From: Octopus sinensis
Taxonomy: Eukaryota
DNA length: 64,000 nucleotides
Assembly (NCBI RefSeq): GCF_006345805.1
Contig: NC_042999.1
Coordinates: 113,026,001 to 113,090,000 of the forward strand
Reading direction: 5' to 3'
Shown in pieces: positions 1 to 13,229 of the stretch. Both the position numbers and the translations under genes were made by a program. Each line of letters starts with the position of its first letter. Within the stretch, counting starts at the first letter, position 1. The notes under the pieces were generated by a model. The model did no database searches. It was not told the DNA's origin and saw nothing but the letters and a program-made list of their open reading frames with translations.

Positions 1-587
1 ATTATTCTTTTACTGGTTTCGGTCATCAGATGCCCCCCCCCCCGACTGGGATATCACCTTAAATGTTTTAATCTATCACATTGGTCTCATCCATGTTTAC
101 AGTGACATACTTTATTTCATCCATATATATACAAACCCAGAATCACGCTAATAGCTTAGGAGTGAAATTTAGGATTTCTCGGTTTTCTGTGAATCGATTT
201 TGATAAAACTTTTCCCAGCTGGTTTGCACACTATCGCAAAACCATTGCTTTCATTATTCTGTGTAACGTCCTTTCTTTTCTATTTCCGATTCTTTAGTTT
301 TGGGGTGAACCACGCTAATAGCTTTTGAATGAAAATAGTCCATGTAAACATATTTTTTCAGAAAATGAAGGGTAACGATACATATTAAGCATACATTAAG
401 CATACATATATTTAACAGAAAAACCACAATAATATAACATTTATTGACATAATGAATTATTTAGATAATCTGTGTGTGAGTGTGTGTATGTGTGTGCATG
501 ATTTAGTAACAACAGATATTATTTATGGAAACTGGAATTACTTCCAGACAAACATGAATTTGTTGAATATATATACAGATTGATGTA

Positions 588-2215
588 CAGTGGCGGCCAA
601 AATATTCAGAACGACATTGTTTTCGCCAGAAAAGTAGATATAATTTTTTATCAAAGTTGTTTTATATTCTATAATTTTCACAGACAATAAATACAATATT
701 ATTTGTTATTGTCTGAGATTTTGGTGTAATTTGAGAGGATAATACAAAAGTTATGGATGATTTAGTGATTTACTGCAAAACCCATGGCGGCCAAAATGAT
801 CAGAACGGTTGCTTTTACTCCGTGTTTTAGTATATTTAACAGCGAACTCTAATGTTTTGAATTTGTTTACGTGACGGTTCGTTTACTAAACATTAGTAAG
901 AATATTTGCAGTGTACTTTGTTAATATAATGCCACTTACTCCGTTACCAATTCGTCAGCAGATTATTAAGCTTCGAAGGAAGAATAATTTAAGTATTGGA
1001 TCTATTGCAAAGATTATTAACAAGTCAAAAAGTGTTGTACACGGTATTCTTAAGGTCTACGATGATTGTGGTTCGTGTGAAGCAAGAACGTTTACAGGTA
1101 GGCCAAGAAAAACGACCAAGAGAGAAGATCGTGCTATGGTAAAGTTGGTTAAAAAGGACAGATTTAAAACTGCTGCTGCTGTTTCTCGGAAAATGAGCAT
1201 TGTATTGAAGAAAACTTTATCTCGAAAAACTGTGTCTCGTCGTTTAGTTGAACATGACCTACAAGCAAGAGCACCTGCAGTGAAGCCACTGATCAGCTCC
1301 AAGAATAAAAAGTGTCGTCTTACCTTTGCAACCAAACATGTGTTGTGGTCTCAAGAAAAATGGCAAACGGTGCATTTCAGTGATGAATCTAAGTTTATTT
1401 TATTTGGCTCAAATGGGAAAAGGTACGTTCGTAGAAAAGTAGGTGAAAAATTGTCGCCTAAATGCCTTAAGACTAGTGTTAAATTCGGTGGAGGAAGTGT
1501 CATGGTTTGGGGGATGATATCTGGAGATGGTGTGGGCCTTTTGGTGCGATTACATGGAAAGGTAAATGCAGGAGTTTATAAACAACTTGTAAAAGATCAT
1601 GTCTTGCCTGTGCTGAGAAATTCAACTAAGCGACCACCCATATTCATGCAGGACAATGCCCCATGTCACAAGGCTAAGGTGGTCATGAACTTCCTCAAGG
1701 CTGAAACGGTTATTGTTATGGATTGGCCTGCTCAAAGCCCAGATCTCAATCCTATTGAAAATGTATGGAATATTCTAGGAGAACGTTCGAAAGCCAGAAT
1801 CCTAAAACAACTGAGCAATTATGGAATGCCCTTCAGGAAGAATGGAATAAGATCACCCAGCAAGAAATTGAAAATTTAATTTCCTCATGCAGTCGAAGAT
1901 GTCAGAGTGTGATTGAAGCTAAAGGGCTTCACACTAAATATTAAATATTTCCAGTATTCTCTGTCATTTTTGATTATTTTGTTATTTTTTTCAACCGTTC
2001 TGATCATTTTGGCCGCCATGGGTTTTGCAGTAAATCACTAAATCACCCATAACTTTTGTATTATCCTCTCAAATTACACCAAAATCTCAGACAATAACAA
2101 CTAATATTGTATTTATTGTTTGTGAAAATTATAGAATATAAAACTACTTTGATAAAAACTTATACTTATTTTTCTGACGAAAACAATGCCGTTCTGAACA
2201 TTTTGGCCGCAACTG
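588..2215 (+). mobile_element. Tc1-family DNA transposon, IR/DR type, near full length
   Basis: Starts TA|CAGTGGCGGCCAAAAT and ends ATTTTGGCCGCAACTG|TA (TA TSD). TIRs are ~220 bp (588-~810 and ~1993-2215), each with two copies of GGCGGCCAAAATNNTCAGAACG. Encloses a transposase ORF. Confidence 0.96.
929..1944 (+). pseudogene. Tc1 transposase (DD34E) with a single frameshift near 1798
   Basis: N-terminal HTH and GRPRK; FSDE, QDNAPCH and WPAQSPDLNPIE give D-34-E spacing. The C-terminus NPKTTEQLWNALQEEW...IEAKGLHTKY* continues in another frame to TAA at 1942-1944. Confidence 0.93.
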
Positions 2216-3011
2216 TATACATAAACCCCGCCCGAGAAACTAAAAACAAGAGCAAAGTTTATGTACCATTCCAAAAACCGGTACTCTTTTAATCTGGTTG
2301 CAACAAAACAAAAACTATTAGACACGCTTGATTAAATACCCTCTTAATCACAGCACTCTATCTAAAGAGTAATTCAACAGTACATTTTGGTCGTTCACAC
2401 AAGTTCATAGCAGATGGCTACAACTTCCTGCACCAATACTGTAACATTAATGTATTTTTATACTGAAAAAAATTGTGCATATTTTTAATGCTTGTTCTTC
2501 AAAGATAGCTTCTTGAATTTCTAGAATTTCGTTTGACAGTAATTTCTCTTAGTCACTGCGTTCTATAATAACAGTCAACGAACCAACAGTAAATTTTCGG
2601 TTGTTCACACAGCAGCCGCAATTTCATCGTATAAACATACCGATAATAAAGTCAGGTTATTCTGTACCCTCAAAAGTTCAGCACCACATGTACAGAACTC
2701 CGAGAGAACACGTTAAGAAATATGATAAGTTAAAAGACAGAAAAAAAAATAATGCAAAACAAGAACACGGATTGCAGTTTTAACGAAATGTGATAATCCC
2801 TTGTGAGTAACGCTTTTTACCATTTACCTGATATACTCACACCTGTTGGTAATAGATGTCAGTAACTTCTGGTATGGGTGCCAATATTGGAACAGCAAGA
2901 CATTTTTACACGCAAGGAATTGTGGAATATTTTTCATATTTTTCCTACTCTTTAAAGACAGCGCATGTCAGTGTACGGTAAAGCCCCTTGGGAGACGATG
3001 GAAAACTTTAT

Positions 3012-3395
3012 GGAAACACTCCGTCGGTTACGACGATGAGGGTTCCGGTTGATCCGAATCAACGGAACAGCCTGCTCGTGAAATTAACGTGTAAGTGGCT
3101 GAGCACTCCACAGACACGTGCACCCTTAACGTAGTTCTCGGGGATATTCAGCGTGACACAGAGTGACAAGGCCGGCCCCTTGAAATACAGGTACAACAGA
3201 AACAGGAAGTAAGAGTGAGAGAAAGTTGTGGTGAAAGAGTACAGCAGGGATCGCCACCATCCCCTGCCGGAGCCTCGTGGAGCTTTTTAGGTGTTTTCGC
3301 TCAATAAACACTCACAAAGCCCGGTCTGGGAATCGAAACCGCGATCCTATGACCGCGAGTCCGCTGCCCTAACCACTGGGCCATTGCGCCTCCAC
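3012..3395 (-). mobile_element. tRNA-derived SINE, full length, with 12-bp TSD
   Basis: Minus-strand head with box A (TGGCCCAGTGG) and box B (GGTTTCGATTCCC). GGAAAACTTTAT is repeated at 3000-3011 and 3396-3407. Its 3' half is shared with the SINE at 29633-29958. Confidence 0.9.
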
Positions 3396-3607
3396 GGAAA
3401 ACTTTATATGGGTACTAAGAATAAATGAATATAGTAGAGGGAGGGAGTCAACTTTTCTTTAAAATCTTAAAAAAATTCTTTCAATTTTTATTCCATGCAC
3501 AAATTGTTTCGTAATATTGATTTCAAATTTTTGGCACCAGGCCAACAGTATCAGGGGAGAGGACAAGTCACCTCGACCTGTCTGCTCATATGAGTGGTTG
3601 ATACTAA

Positions 3608-4005
3608 GGCGGCAAGCTGGCAGAATTGTTAGCACGCTGAGCAAAATGCTTAGCGGGATTTCGACTGCCGTTACGTTCTGAGTTCAACTTCCGCCGAGGT
3701 CGACTTTGCCTTTCATCCTTTCGGGGTCGATTAATTAAGTACCAGTTACGTACTGGGGTCGATATAATCAAGTATCCGTTTGTCTGTCCTTGTTTGTCCT
3801 CTCTGTGTTTAGCCCCTTGTGGGTAGTAAAGAAATATGTATTTCATCCGTCTTTATGTTCTGAGTTCAAATTATGCCGAGGTCGAATTTACCATTCATCC
3901 TTTCGGGGTCGATAAAATAAGTACAAGTTGAACACTAGGGCCTATTTAATCGACTTATTCTCTCCCCCAATTTCACTGATCTTGTGCTAGAATTTGAAAT
4001 CAATA
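3608..4005 (+). mobile_element. SINE family A (GGCGGCGAGCTGG head), tandem dimer
   Basis: Core GAGTTCAAATTCCGCCGAGGTCGACTTTGCCTTTCATCCTTTCGGGGTCGATAAA occurs twice here and many times in the window. Confidence 0.85.
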
Positions 4006-4249
4006 TTCATGGCACGATAATGTGTGCGTGTGTGTGTGTGTGTGTGTGTATGTGAGAGTGATATAGTTTGCACGAAGCATTGTCTAATATTCATAAGCGT
4101 TTTTAATTTTTTAAAGCTAAATAATACAAGTTATAAGAAATAATATAAGTTGATACAATATTTTAGGGTTGACCCTTATTCAAGAATATTCTGGGATAGG
4201 GTATTGTGAGCTGACTTCTCTTTAAAACATGTGTGTGTGTGTGTACGAT

Positions 4250-4433
4250 TCCAAGACTGATTGAAAGAAGTTATCCTCAAACTGGAGACTTAGCCCGAAT
4301 GGTTGCTTGTAACAATGTGGTCTCCGATTAAGACATCCAGGAGACCGGCTGTGTGTTAAACAGGACGATGGATGAAGCCTTTCTCCCAAATACATGAACG
4401 GTACTTCGGAGAGGCTTCCACACAGTTTTCGTC

Positions 4434-4485
<52 letters not shown>

Positions 4486-4612
4486 TTGACTCACAAACTT
4501 TGGTTAACTGAAGGATATGCTGGGAAACTCTTCTCCACGGGACCGCATTATGGAATCGAACCTGAAACCACAGAGTTGCAAAGCAAATTTTTTAATCGTA
4601 CAGCCATATCTA
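4250..4612 (-). mobile_element. Diverged family B-like tRNA SINE with internal (CA)n
   Basis: Minus-strand head GGTTCGATTCC near 4550-4565; the TAGACGAAAACTG motif matches family B. Confidence 0.55.
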
Positions 4613-5340
4613 CACCCATATAAACAATTGTCTGGCGAACAGTACGGGGTTATAAAAATTATTGAAATGAAATCACCTTACTATTCAAATAGTACAAATG
4701 ATTTAATAACATAGAATAATAACCGCTTTTTTGGAAGCCAATAACTAACACATGGAATGTATTAAATACTGCGAAAATTCATTTAGAGCAAATAAGTTTT
4801 CTCGAACAAATTCGTAATCTATGGTTTACTGTGACGTATAATATCGTAATAAACTATGTAATACTACGCTATTTGCTCACCTCTTCCGAACATCTCACCG
4901 GATTCATAAATATAATTACAAACAAACAAACAAACAATGTTGTTTTTTTTCCTCCAACATCATTTTGTGTAAACAGCTTGTGCAAGTGATATCTTATTCC
5001 ATCGTTTATTCATAGAGAAGCAACCCAGAAATATACCAATGGTAAACGTCACCTGCTCTGCCAAAAGACAAGCTATGTACCCAGGAATAGATTTCAAATC
5101 TCGCTCTTACTTTCAATTTAACAATCTGTTATAGCAGGTAAAACATATTACGCAGTTAAAAAGAAGATTGTGTAGTTTAGTATATTGATATGTATTATAC
5201 GATTCTAACAAAGGAAATTTTAGCGATTCATTCAGGTCACTTAAACAGTAAAATGAAAGCATAGCAATAGATTTTCGAGTGAAAAAATGCTCTGAGCTTA
5301 ACCCTTTCTCCTGGCGCGCGCACGCACACGCACACACACA

Positions 5341-5392
<52 letters not shown>

Positions 5393-5539
5393 TCTCTCTC
5401 TCTCTCTCATGCACACACACGTATAGATAAGCTTAAGTTTACAATTCTATTCATATAGATATAATATACACCGAGAAGCAGATACATAAACATAGTAACA
5501 CTTATGGAAGAACGTATATATGTATGATATAGATACAAT

Positions 5540-7620
5540 ATATACACGCTTTTCAATGCAATGCTAGCGTGATTATTGGCATTCCTTTTCTCCGCGGAAT
5601 CCTAAAAATTAAAATCTTTGTGCTAGAATCTACTACTCTATTTTGCTGCTGTGATTTGAAGGAGAGTAACTGGCAAAGATCAACGTCTAGTAGCAGGTGG
5701 TTAAAATTAACTACCTTGCTCAGCATCACAAAGCACAGTTTGGAATGAGGTACGAACTCCGAAACTTCAACCAAGATTGCTGAGATTTTGTTATTAGTAT
5801 TACTGCTTAACACTCAACGCAAACCCAATCGAGTAGGCTGTACTGTATTTTAGAATGTATCTATAGATTTTTAACTAACACTGTAAAGACAGATGTAAAC
5901 ACATTGTCTCTATTTAATATCTCCATGGGCTGTAAAAGAGGTATCAGCCAGTCTAGTTTCAATCCTGTGTTGGGATTTCACCAACAGCCAAGTAGATTCT
6001 CAAATACCCCGCGTAAACACGGTTTATAATCTTACTTTTACTAAAGGATAGATCGATTAATTTGTATATATATAATGCATTCTTGGCACTTAGTTTAATA
6101 GATAACTGGTGTTAAACCAATATATGTACTTGAAACAGTAATCCTAATAATCAGGGAATGTGTAATTAAGAGCCTAGGTTGTATTTGCGCAGTACTCCTA
6201 AATGATGCTAAGAGGAGTTATGGGATTGAGGCAAAGTTGAAATAATGAATAACTTCTTTGGCAACTACGGTTTGTAGTAAAGTTTAAGATATGGTGTGAC
6301 CAGCATGGTTTTTTTGTCAAGACTCTTATGGTCTCTCCAAATACAATTGTCAAGAGTGATGAGGATGGAAATGTGTTTGTAGGTTCCTCTTGTATGAACC
6401 TATTTCTTTACTACCCACAAGGGGCTAAACACAGAGGAGACAAACAAGGACAGAGGGACGCATTAAGTCGATTATATCGACCCCAGTACGTAACTGGTAC
6501 TTAATTTATCGACCCCGAAAGGATGAAAGGCAAAGTCGACCTCGGTGGAATTTGAACTCAGAACGTAACGGCAGACGAAATTCCTACTTCTTTACTTCCC
6601 ACAAGGAGCTAAACATAGAGGACAAACAAGGACAGACCAACGGATTAAGTGGATTACATCGACCCCATTACGTAACAGGTACTTAATTTATCGACCACGA
6701 AAGGATGAAAGGCAAAGTCGACCTCGGCGGAATTTGAACTCAGAACGTAACGGCAGACGAAATACGGCTACGCATTTCGCCCGGCGGGCTAAAGATTGTG
6801 CCAGCTCGTCGCCTTTCCTCTTGTATGAACCTACTAACACAAACAATTCGTCATAGTAATGAGGAAAAATGACCAATTAAGATCGTAGAGTTAGGAAGTT
6901 AATACGCAAGGGTAATATATCCGATAAGTGAATAAAGTTATCGAGTAACATCTTATGGAAAATAGAACCAGATAAGATGCGATTTCTCTTGAAAGTAGTG
7001 CTTGATGTGCTTCTTACTTCGGCCAATGGCAAATGCTGGATTGGAGCGACACTGCTCAGTGTCATCAGTACAGATGTTATGCATCATTGGAAAATGTTCT
7101 GGCAGCATTTGACTTCGATTTCTAGCAGTTCAACCAACTTGTTAGTCATCCCTTGAAGAGTATAGCTGGTGACGTAACAAGTCCTGGTTATATTTGCCGA
7201 TGCACTGAAACAAAACTTTAGCAGTACCGATGTAATGAGAATCAACACTTTTTTTTATACAAGAAGGATGAGAAAGGACACTGCAAAAGTGTAAACAAAG
7301 GAAAAATGTCAACCAGATTTCTGCTTGATACTAATGACTGGAAAATGGATTTGAAAGGAGCGTTCGTATTCCCAGGCAATATCGCAGTATTGATGCACTA
7401 TCCTGACCTTTTGATCTGGTCTGATTTATCAAAAGACTTCTGATTGTTGAGTTGACGATACATTTGGAAAAAAATATGGAGTTGTCTTATGAAAAAAGAA
7501 CCTAAAATATATAGGATTCAGAGAAACACACGAGCCACGAAGATGGCAGTTTTCAGAGCTTTCAGTAGAGAAAAAAGGATCTTGGGAGTTTGTGGTTACA
7601 TCATAATTGACTGGCTTTGG
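5540..7620 (+). mobile_element. Decayed Hero-like (RLE-type) non-LTR retrotransposon, interrupted by a SINE dimer
   Basis: Remnants ILIIRECVIKSLG, KFKIWCDQHG..RLLW, IEPDKMRFLLKVVLDVL, NDWKM(DL)KGAFVFPGNIA..YPDLLIWSD and IVELTIHLE match the Hero RT thumb and PD-(D/E)xK nuclease (LRPD..., ELTVPWE). Many stops and frameshifts. Confidence 0.72.
6403..6814 (-). mobile_element. SINE family A dimer inserted as one unit
   Basis: One head and two bodies, flanked by TTCCTCTTGTATGAACCTA at 6384-6402 and 6815-6833. Confidence 0.92.
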
Positions 7621-8423
7621 ACTTAGGAAGGACAGTAAAACAGTAATTTGTGATCTGGAGAAAGAAGCAGAAGATGATTCCTCGCAAAAATGCCAGTTGT
7701 GTGTAAGAGATAGACTAACGATGAGAGCAAAGTACAAATTCTTGGTGTGTAGTAAAAAATATAGCAGCTGCAAGGCTTCTGGAAGGTTGCTGCAGAAAGT
7801 GGTTAGAGCTATATGTAGTTTGTTGTGGTGTCTGCATGGATTACTTGTGGGAAACGTACTATAGTGAGGGCCAAAAGAACTCTTTTGCTGCTCGAACCCT
7901 CTAGGAGCGATACAGTCGGAAGGTGTCGAAATTATTGTGATTTCAGCCGGAAGCTGATGAAGGAAGTGTTCCGTCGTGTAAATTATTTATAAATAATTAT
8001 AAATATATGTGAGTGTTAAGGAGAGTGGCGGAGTACAGACATCACCTCTCAGAGTAAACTTGGAATATAGTGTGGACGGCCGGGATAGGTTAGACATGGA
8101 AAATGGGGGATATGTGTTTCAGAGAGGTTTCTATGTTAATACTAGTGTGTGGCCTGGGGTTAAGTTGGTTGACAATGCACGGGCATAGAAGAAATATAAT
8201 TTTACACTTATACACACACGCGCGCGCGCGCAATTGTTTTTCTGAATGGTGTAATAGGTAATTACAATTACGAGATAGAATATATACTTTGTTTATAATC
8301 TGATGAATTAATACATGACTTCTGGTACAGCGAAGCTGAAGGAAAACAAAACATGATTGCTTTTCTTATTCTCTTTGTTTCCATGCTCATAATTAATTTT
8401 GCTGGAGAGTCTACTACTTAACC

Positions 8424-8692
<269 letters not shown>

Positions 8693-8693
<1 letters not shown>

Positions 8694-9105
8694 CACCCAT
8701 CCACCTACTTCTCTTTCACTTTCTCGCTTTATCTTCTCCCCCCTCTTTATCTATCTGTCTGCTAGTGTGTCCATCCATTAATCTACCCACCTATTTATCT
8801 CTTTTTTGTCTCTCTTTCGCGCTATCCTTTCATTCATTTATCTACCTTTCCCACTTTCTCGTTTTTTGCCTACCTACCCATGTCTTGCTGTCTCTCTCTT
8901 CTCTCTCTCTCTAGCTAGCTAGTTATTCACCCACCTATCTACCTACTCCTCTCTCACTTTCTCGCTTTATCCTCTCCCCGCTCCCTGTCTGTCTTCTGCC
9001 AGTGTGTCCATCCATTAACCTACCCACATATTGATCTCTTTTTTGTCTCTTTCGCTCTATCCTTTCATTCATTTACCTACTTTTCTCACTTTCTCGTTTT
9101 TTGTC
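8693..9105. repeat. Diverged tandem duplication, ~235-bp period, pyrimidine-rich
   Basis: CACTTTCTCGCTTTATC, AGTGTGTCCATCCATTAA and TATCCTTTCATTCATTTA each recur about 235 bp apart. Confidence 0.8.
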
Positions 9106-9217
9106 TATCAGTCAATCAATCAAAGGTGGAGATTTTAAGAAACCGACGGAAAATATTTCCTGAATGATGTGACTATAGAAAATAATAATTGTGCGTGCCT
9201 TTACGGTGCTAAATATT

Positions 9218-9734
9218 CTGTTCCACTTTAGGTACTAGGCCCGAAATTTTTAGGGAAGGGCCAGTCGATTAGATCAACCCCAGTACGCAACTGGTACGTA
9301 ATTTATCGATCCCTAAAGGATAAAAGGCTAAGTCGACCGCGGTGGAATTTGAACTCAGAACATAAAGACAGACGAAATACCTATTTCTTTACTACCCACA
9401 AGGGGCTAAACACAGAGAGGACAAACAAGGACAGACAAACGGATTAAGTCGATTATATCGACCCCAGTGCGTAACTGGTACTTAATTTATCGACCCCGAA
9501 AGGATGAAAAGCAAAGTCGACCTCAGCGGAATTTGAACTCAGAACGTAACGGCAGACGAAATACCGCTAAACCTTTTGCCCGGCGTGTTAATGTTTCTGC
9601 CAGCTCACCGCCTTTCTAAAATAATTATTTCTATTTTGGGCACAAAGCCTTGAAAATTTTTCGACCCCGAAAGGATGAAAGGCAAAGTTGACCTCGGCGG
9701 AATTTGAACTCAGAACGTAGCAGCAGACGATTAA
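9218..9734 (-). mobile_element. SINE family A multimer (three core units)
   Basis: Three CGACCCCGAAAGGATGAAAGGC-type cores, flanked by GGTGCTAAATATT at 9205-9217 and 9735-9747. Confidence 0.85.
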
Positions 9735-10856
9735 GGTGCTAAATATTGAATGCTGAAATGTTTACATATATTTATTTAACTTTGTTGATAAACTGAAAAA
9801 TATATAGTACGAAAGACCCCCACTTCATTTGAAATATTAGCCTGCACTTCATTTCTTGGTGCAACAATGTACAGCTCTTCAATTCTTTTTACTTTCAACC
9901 CGACCAAGTTAGTGAATATCCTCGAATATTCACATATAGTTAATTTTCGACTTCGTACCGCAAGGATACGTTGCTAGAAATGTGAAATTTACCGAAAATT
10001 ACATAACTAGGATTGCAAAGAACCTTATACTACATTGATTCTAATTTCTCAATGAACTATATACCTCTGTACTTGAATACACTGTTTTGGATATAGTCCA
10101 AATGTTTAATCATTATGAGCACTACGTTTCAACGAGAAACCACAATAAAATATTAATAGTGTATTAATGATCATTATTTTTGTTAATGATAACGATTATT
10201 AAAAAGTAACGAGCATGATGTCCAGAGTTGTGTACTGTACGTGTTGACATAGGCAAACAAATAAACAAAAGTGTTTGGGTTCGAGGAACATCCGGCAATT
10301 TCAGAGTTGTTATTGTAACAAAGGACAAAAATGAACAAATGAAATACAAACACGATGTAGAAAGCTTAATCGGTCTGTTGTGTAGCTTAAGTCGAATTTG
10401 ATCTTTTCCAATAAGAGTCAAATTACGAAACAAAACATGTGATTTACGCAATCTTTGACACGAAAACTTTAAAGTATTGATTCGTGACTCTGTTGAGTAT
10501 TTCTGCAACACTGCAGCTTTAACTCACAAACGGATGTGCATAATTAAGTAAAATAGAATTAGATATTTAATTGAATATTGACTTCAACCAATGGTTCTGT
10601 ATTCGAGGGAACCGAAAATTTACTCAATATTTAGATCTCATTCACTTTCTTAATTCCCGAAGCAATTCTCACAAGACGTGGTTAGACTTAGATTTTTTTC
10701 ATAAAGTTGTCAGTCAGTCTGTAGAAAATCTTAGAACATAGTAATCAGTAATGTATTAAATGATTTACAATTCGTAGGCTACATTTTATCTCCCTCGTCG
10801 TCTTTCTGAACATTATTAAAAAGGATTTTCTAACATTCGTACACCGTGTACATTTT

Positions 10857-10931
<75 letters not shown>

Positions 10932-10962
10932 AAGTCGATTAAGTCTACCCGAGTACGCGACT

Positions 10963-11140
10963 GTGGAGGCGTTTGGTCTAGTGCTTAGAATGTTGGCCTC
11001 ATGATCTTAGGTTGTATGTTCAATTCTTGGACTGGGTGGTGCGTTGTGTACTGGAGTAAGGCATTTCATTTTGCATGGCTTCAGTCTACTCAGGTGAAAA
11101 GTGAGTAGCACCGTGATAGTGCAGCCCTCTTTCATTCCTG
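10963..11140 (+). mobile_element. CORE-like tRNA SINE (family C), diverged
   Basis: GTGGAGGCG..TGGTCTAGTG head with GTTCAATTC box B, then a CORE-like TTGTGT.CT.GAG.AAG.CA.TT segment. Similar copy at 12258-12430. Confidence 0.65.
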
Positions 11141-12053
11141 TTGTCGCATCTTCGATGTTCCGTTGGGTTATGGTTGAGAGAACGCAGAGGTTGTATATGT
11201 CTGCTCCGACTACATAGGCATCAAAACAATAATGAAAGTATTGTACAAGCTTCTAAGTCATACTTGCATGCAAGTGTCGACTATACAGCTTTTTAGTATT
11301 TGGCTGGTAGGGCCACATTCGTGGTTTTAAATTACAATATAAAGGGAAACAACAGAAATGTGATAAGGCATTCTTATCCGGTGTACTTCTGATTCTGCTA
11401 GCTATTAGCACCGCAATATTAAAACTAGCCATAAAAGACAACAAAGTAACAATAATAAATGGCATATAAATAAACAAGTATAAGCGTGAATTTAGGAAAT
11501 TAGAGAAAAATGCTAAAATTAAAATTTATTTCATAAGTATTATTTAATAATTTGAGCCAAACTATTTGAATATTGGAAATAGAAGCCATTTTAAGACGCC
11601 CAAGGAAATAAAAAATAATACGAGTATATATGTGACAAATATCAGATTATATTTTCGGGAACAAAATGAAGTTTCGTTTTTACATTTAATTCGAAACCAT
11701 TCAAAATTACTCCTACAAATGTAGAATTTACGAAGAAGTAAATTATCAACAAAATTCGTTTTCGTGAATTGTTGGATTGTATAAACAAAGATTAAATTAA
11801 ATTAACTCAACGCGAAAGAACATTTTGTGGCTATATTTTTATTTGAATATCAGTTGCCAAGGTTAATGATACTGTTATAACAAATAGTTTCGTAATAATT
11901 ACCCTGGCAATCAATACAATCTGATACTAAATATGTCAACAGAAACCATCCGACATGGAACACTGTACGTGATTTATCGAACTGCCAGAAATAGCAGCTA
12001 AATCTCCTTAAAACCACACCCTGCAACCTTAGCTCGTGCTATTTTAAACTTTT

Positions 12054-12232
12054 TAGAAAATAATAATTGTGCGTGCCTTTATGGTGCTAAATATTCTGTT
12101 CTACTCTAGGCACAAGACCCGAAATTTTTAGGGAAGGGGCCAGTCGATTAGATCGACCCCTAGTACGCAACTTGTACTTAATTTATCGACCCCGAAAGGA
12201 TGAAAGGCTAAGTCGACCGCGGTGGAATTTGA
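12054..12232 (-). mobile_element. Truncated family A SINE carrying the same 3' flank as the copy at 9176-9352
   Basis: TAGAAAATAATAATTGTGCGTGCCTTTAYGGTGCTAAATATT and the variant GGCTAAGTCGACCGCGGTGG occur at both loci. Confidence 0.85.
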
Positions 12233-12614
12233 CAGATAGGGCTTCTTATGTTGCAGGAGTGAAGGTGCATATCCTAGTAGTGATTAGGGGTGTTGCAAGA
12301 CCATGGTTTCATTTCCAAGACCGGTCAGTGCTTTGTGTTCTTGAGTATAACACTTCATTTCACTTTGCTCCAGTCTATTCGTGGGTAAATGAATAACCCT
12401 ACGACGGATTGGCGTCCCGTTCAGGGAAGAGGGGAAGGGTATATATTATGATCTCGCTGTCTTATTCGTCATGGCAACCTAGAAGTCAGCTCTATGAGTC
12501 ATCGAATTCAAGAGAGTAATGTTCAGAAGAGGAGTTACTTTTGTTACAGGAAGCATTTCTTGACAAGGAATTTTGAGGCGACGTCTCCCAAGAGTCCATG
12601 CATAACAGAGAGAA

Positions 12615-12674
<60 letters not shown>

Positions 12675-13229
12675 GACTAAACAAAAACAAATTCACTTCC
12701 AATTTATCATTCCAATCGCCATTCATAAATGAAATTAAGTATTTCTCGCTTGCCCTTATGAAGTTGATTAGTAAAACAGTTGACAAAGATGATAAACAGT
12801 GTTTGTTTTTAACACCTCTTTATGTTCTGACGTGGAATCTCAACGAAGTTAACTTTACTTTTTAATATTTCCTTGGTGAGAGTCGATAAAATAAGTACAT
12901 TGAAGTACTGTAGCCGATTTAAACGCTATAAGAAGTATTTTTCATCGGTGAGGGGCCGTGCAAATTAAAGAGAAATAGTAAATTGATATATTTAATATTA
13001 TTAGATGGTTTTAAACTTTTAAAATTTGCTCAAAGTATGGCGGAGATAGGAGAATTATATGGATGTAAACGCTAGTTTGTCTTATTAATAAGGTGTGAAG
13101 GTCAATAATTTCACTTATATTTGTTTCTTTTGGCTGTGTGGGAGATTTGGTACTTATCGTCCCAAGTCTCCCACACATCTCTTTCTCTCTCCCACACACA
13201 CATATATATATATATGTACAGACACACAT

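Noticed and set aside
3320-3395. tRNA gene
   Set aside because: It is the tRNA-derived head of a TSD-flanked SINE and has no proper acceptor stem. The same applies to the other box A/B hits.
10164-10511. 115-aa non-repetitive ORF
   Set aside because: Non-ATG start, no recognisable motif, and a length compatible with chance.
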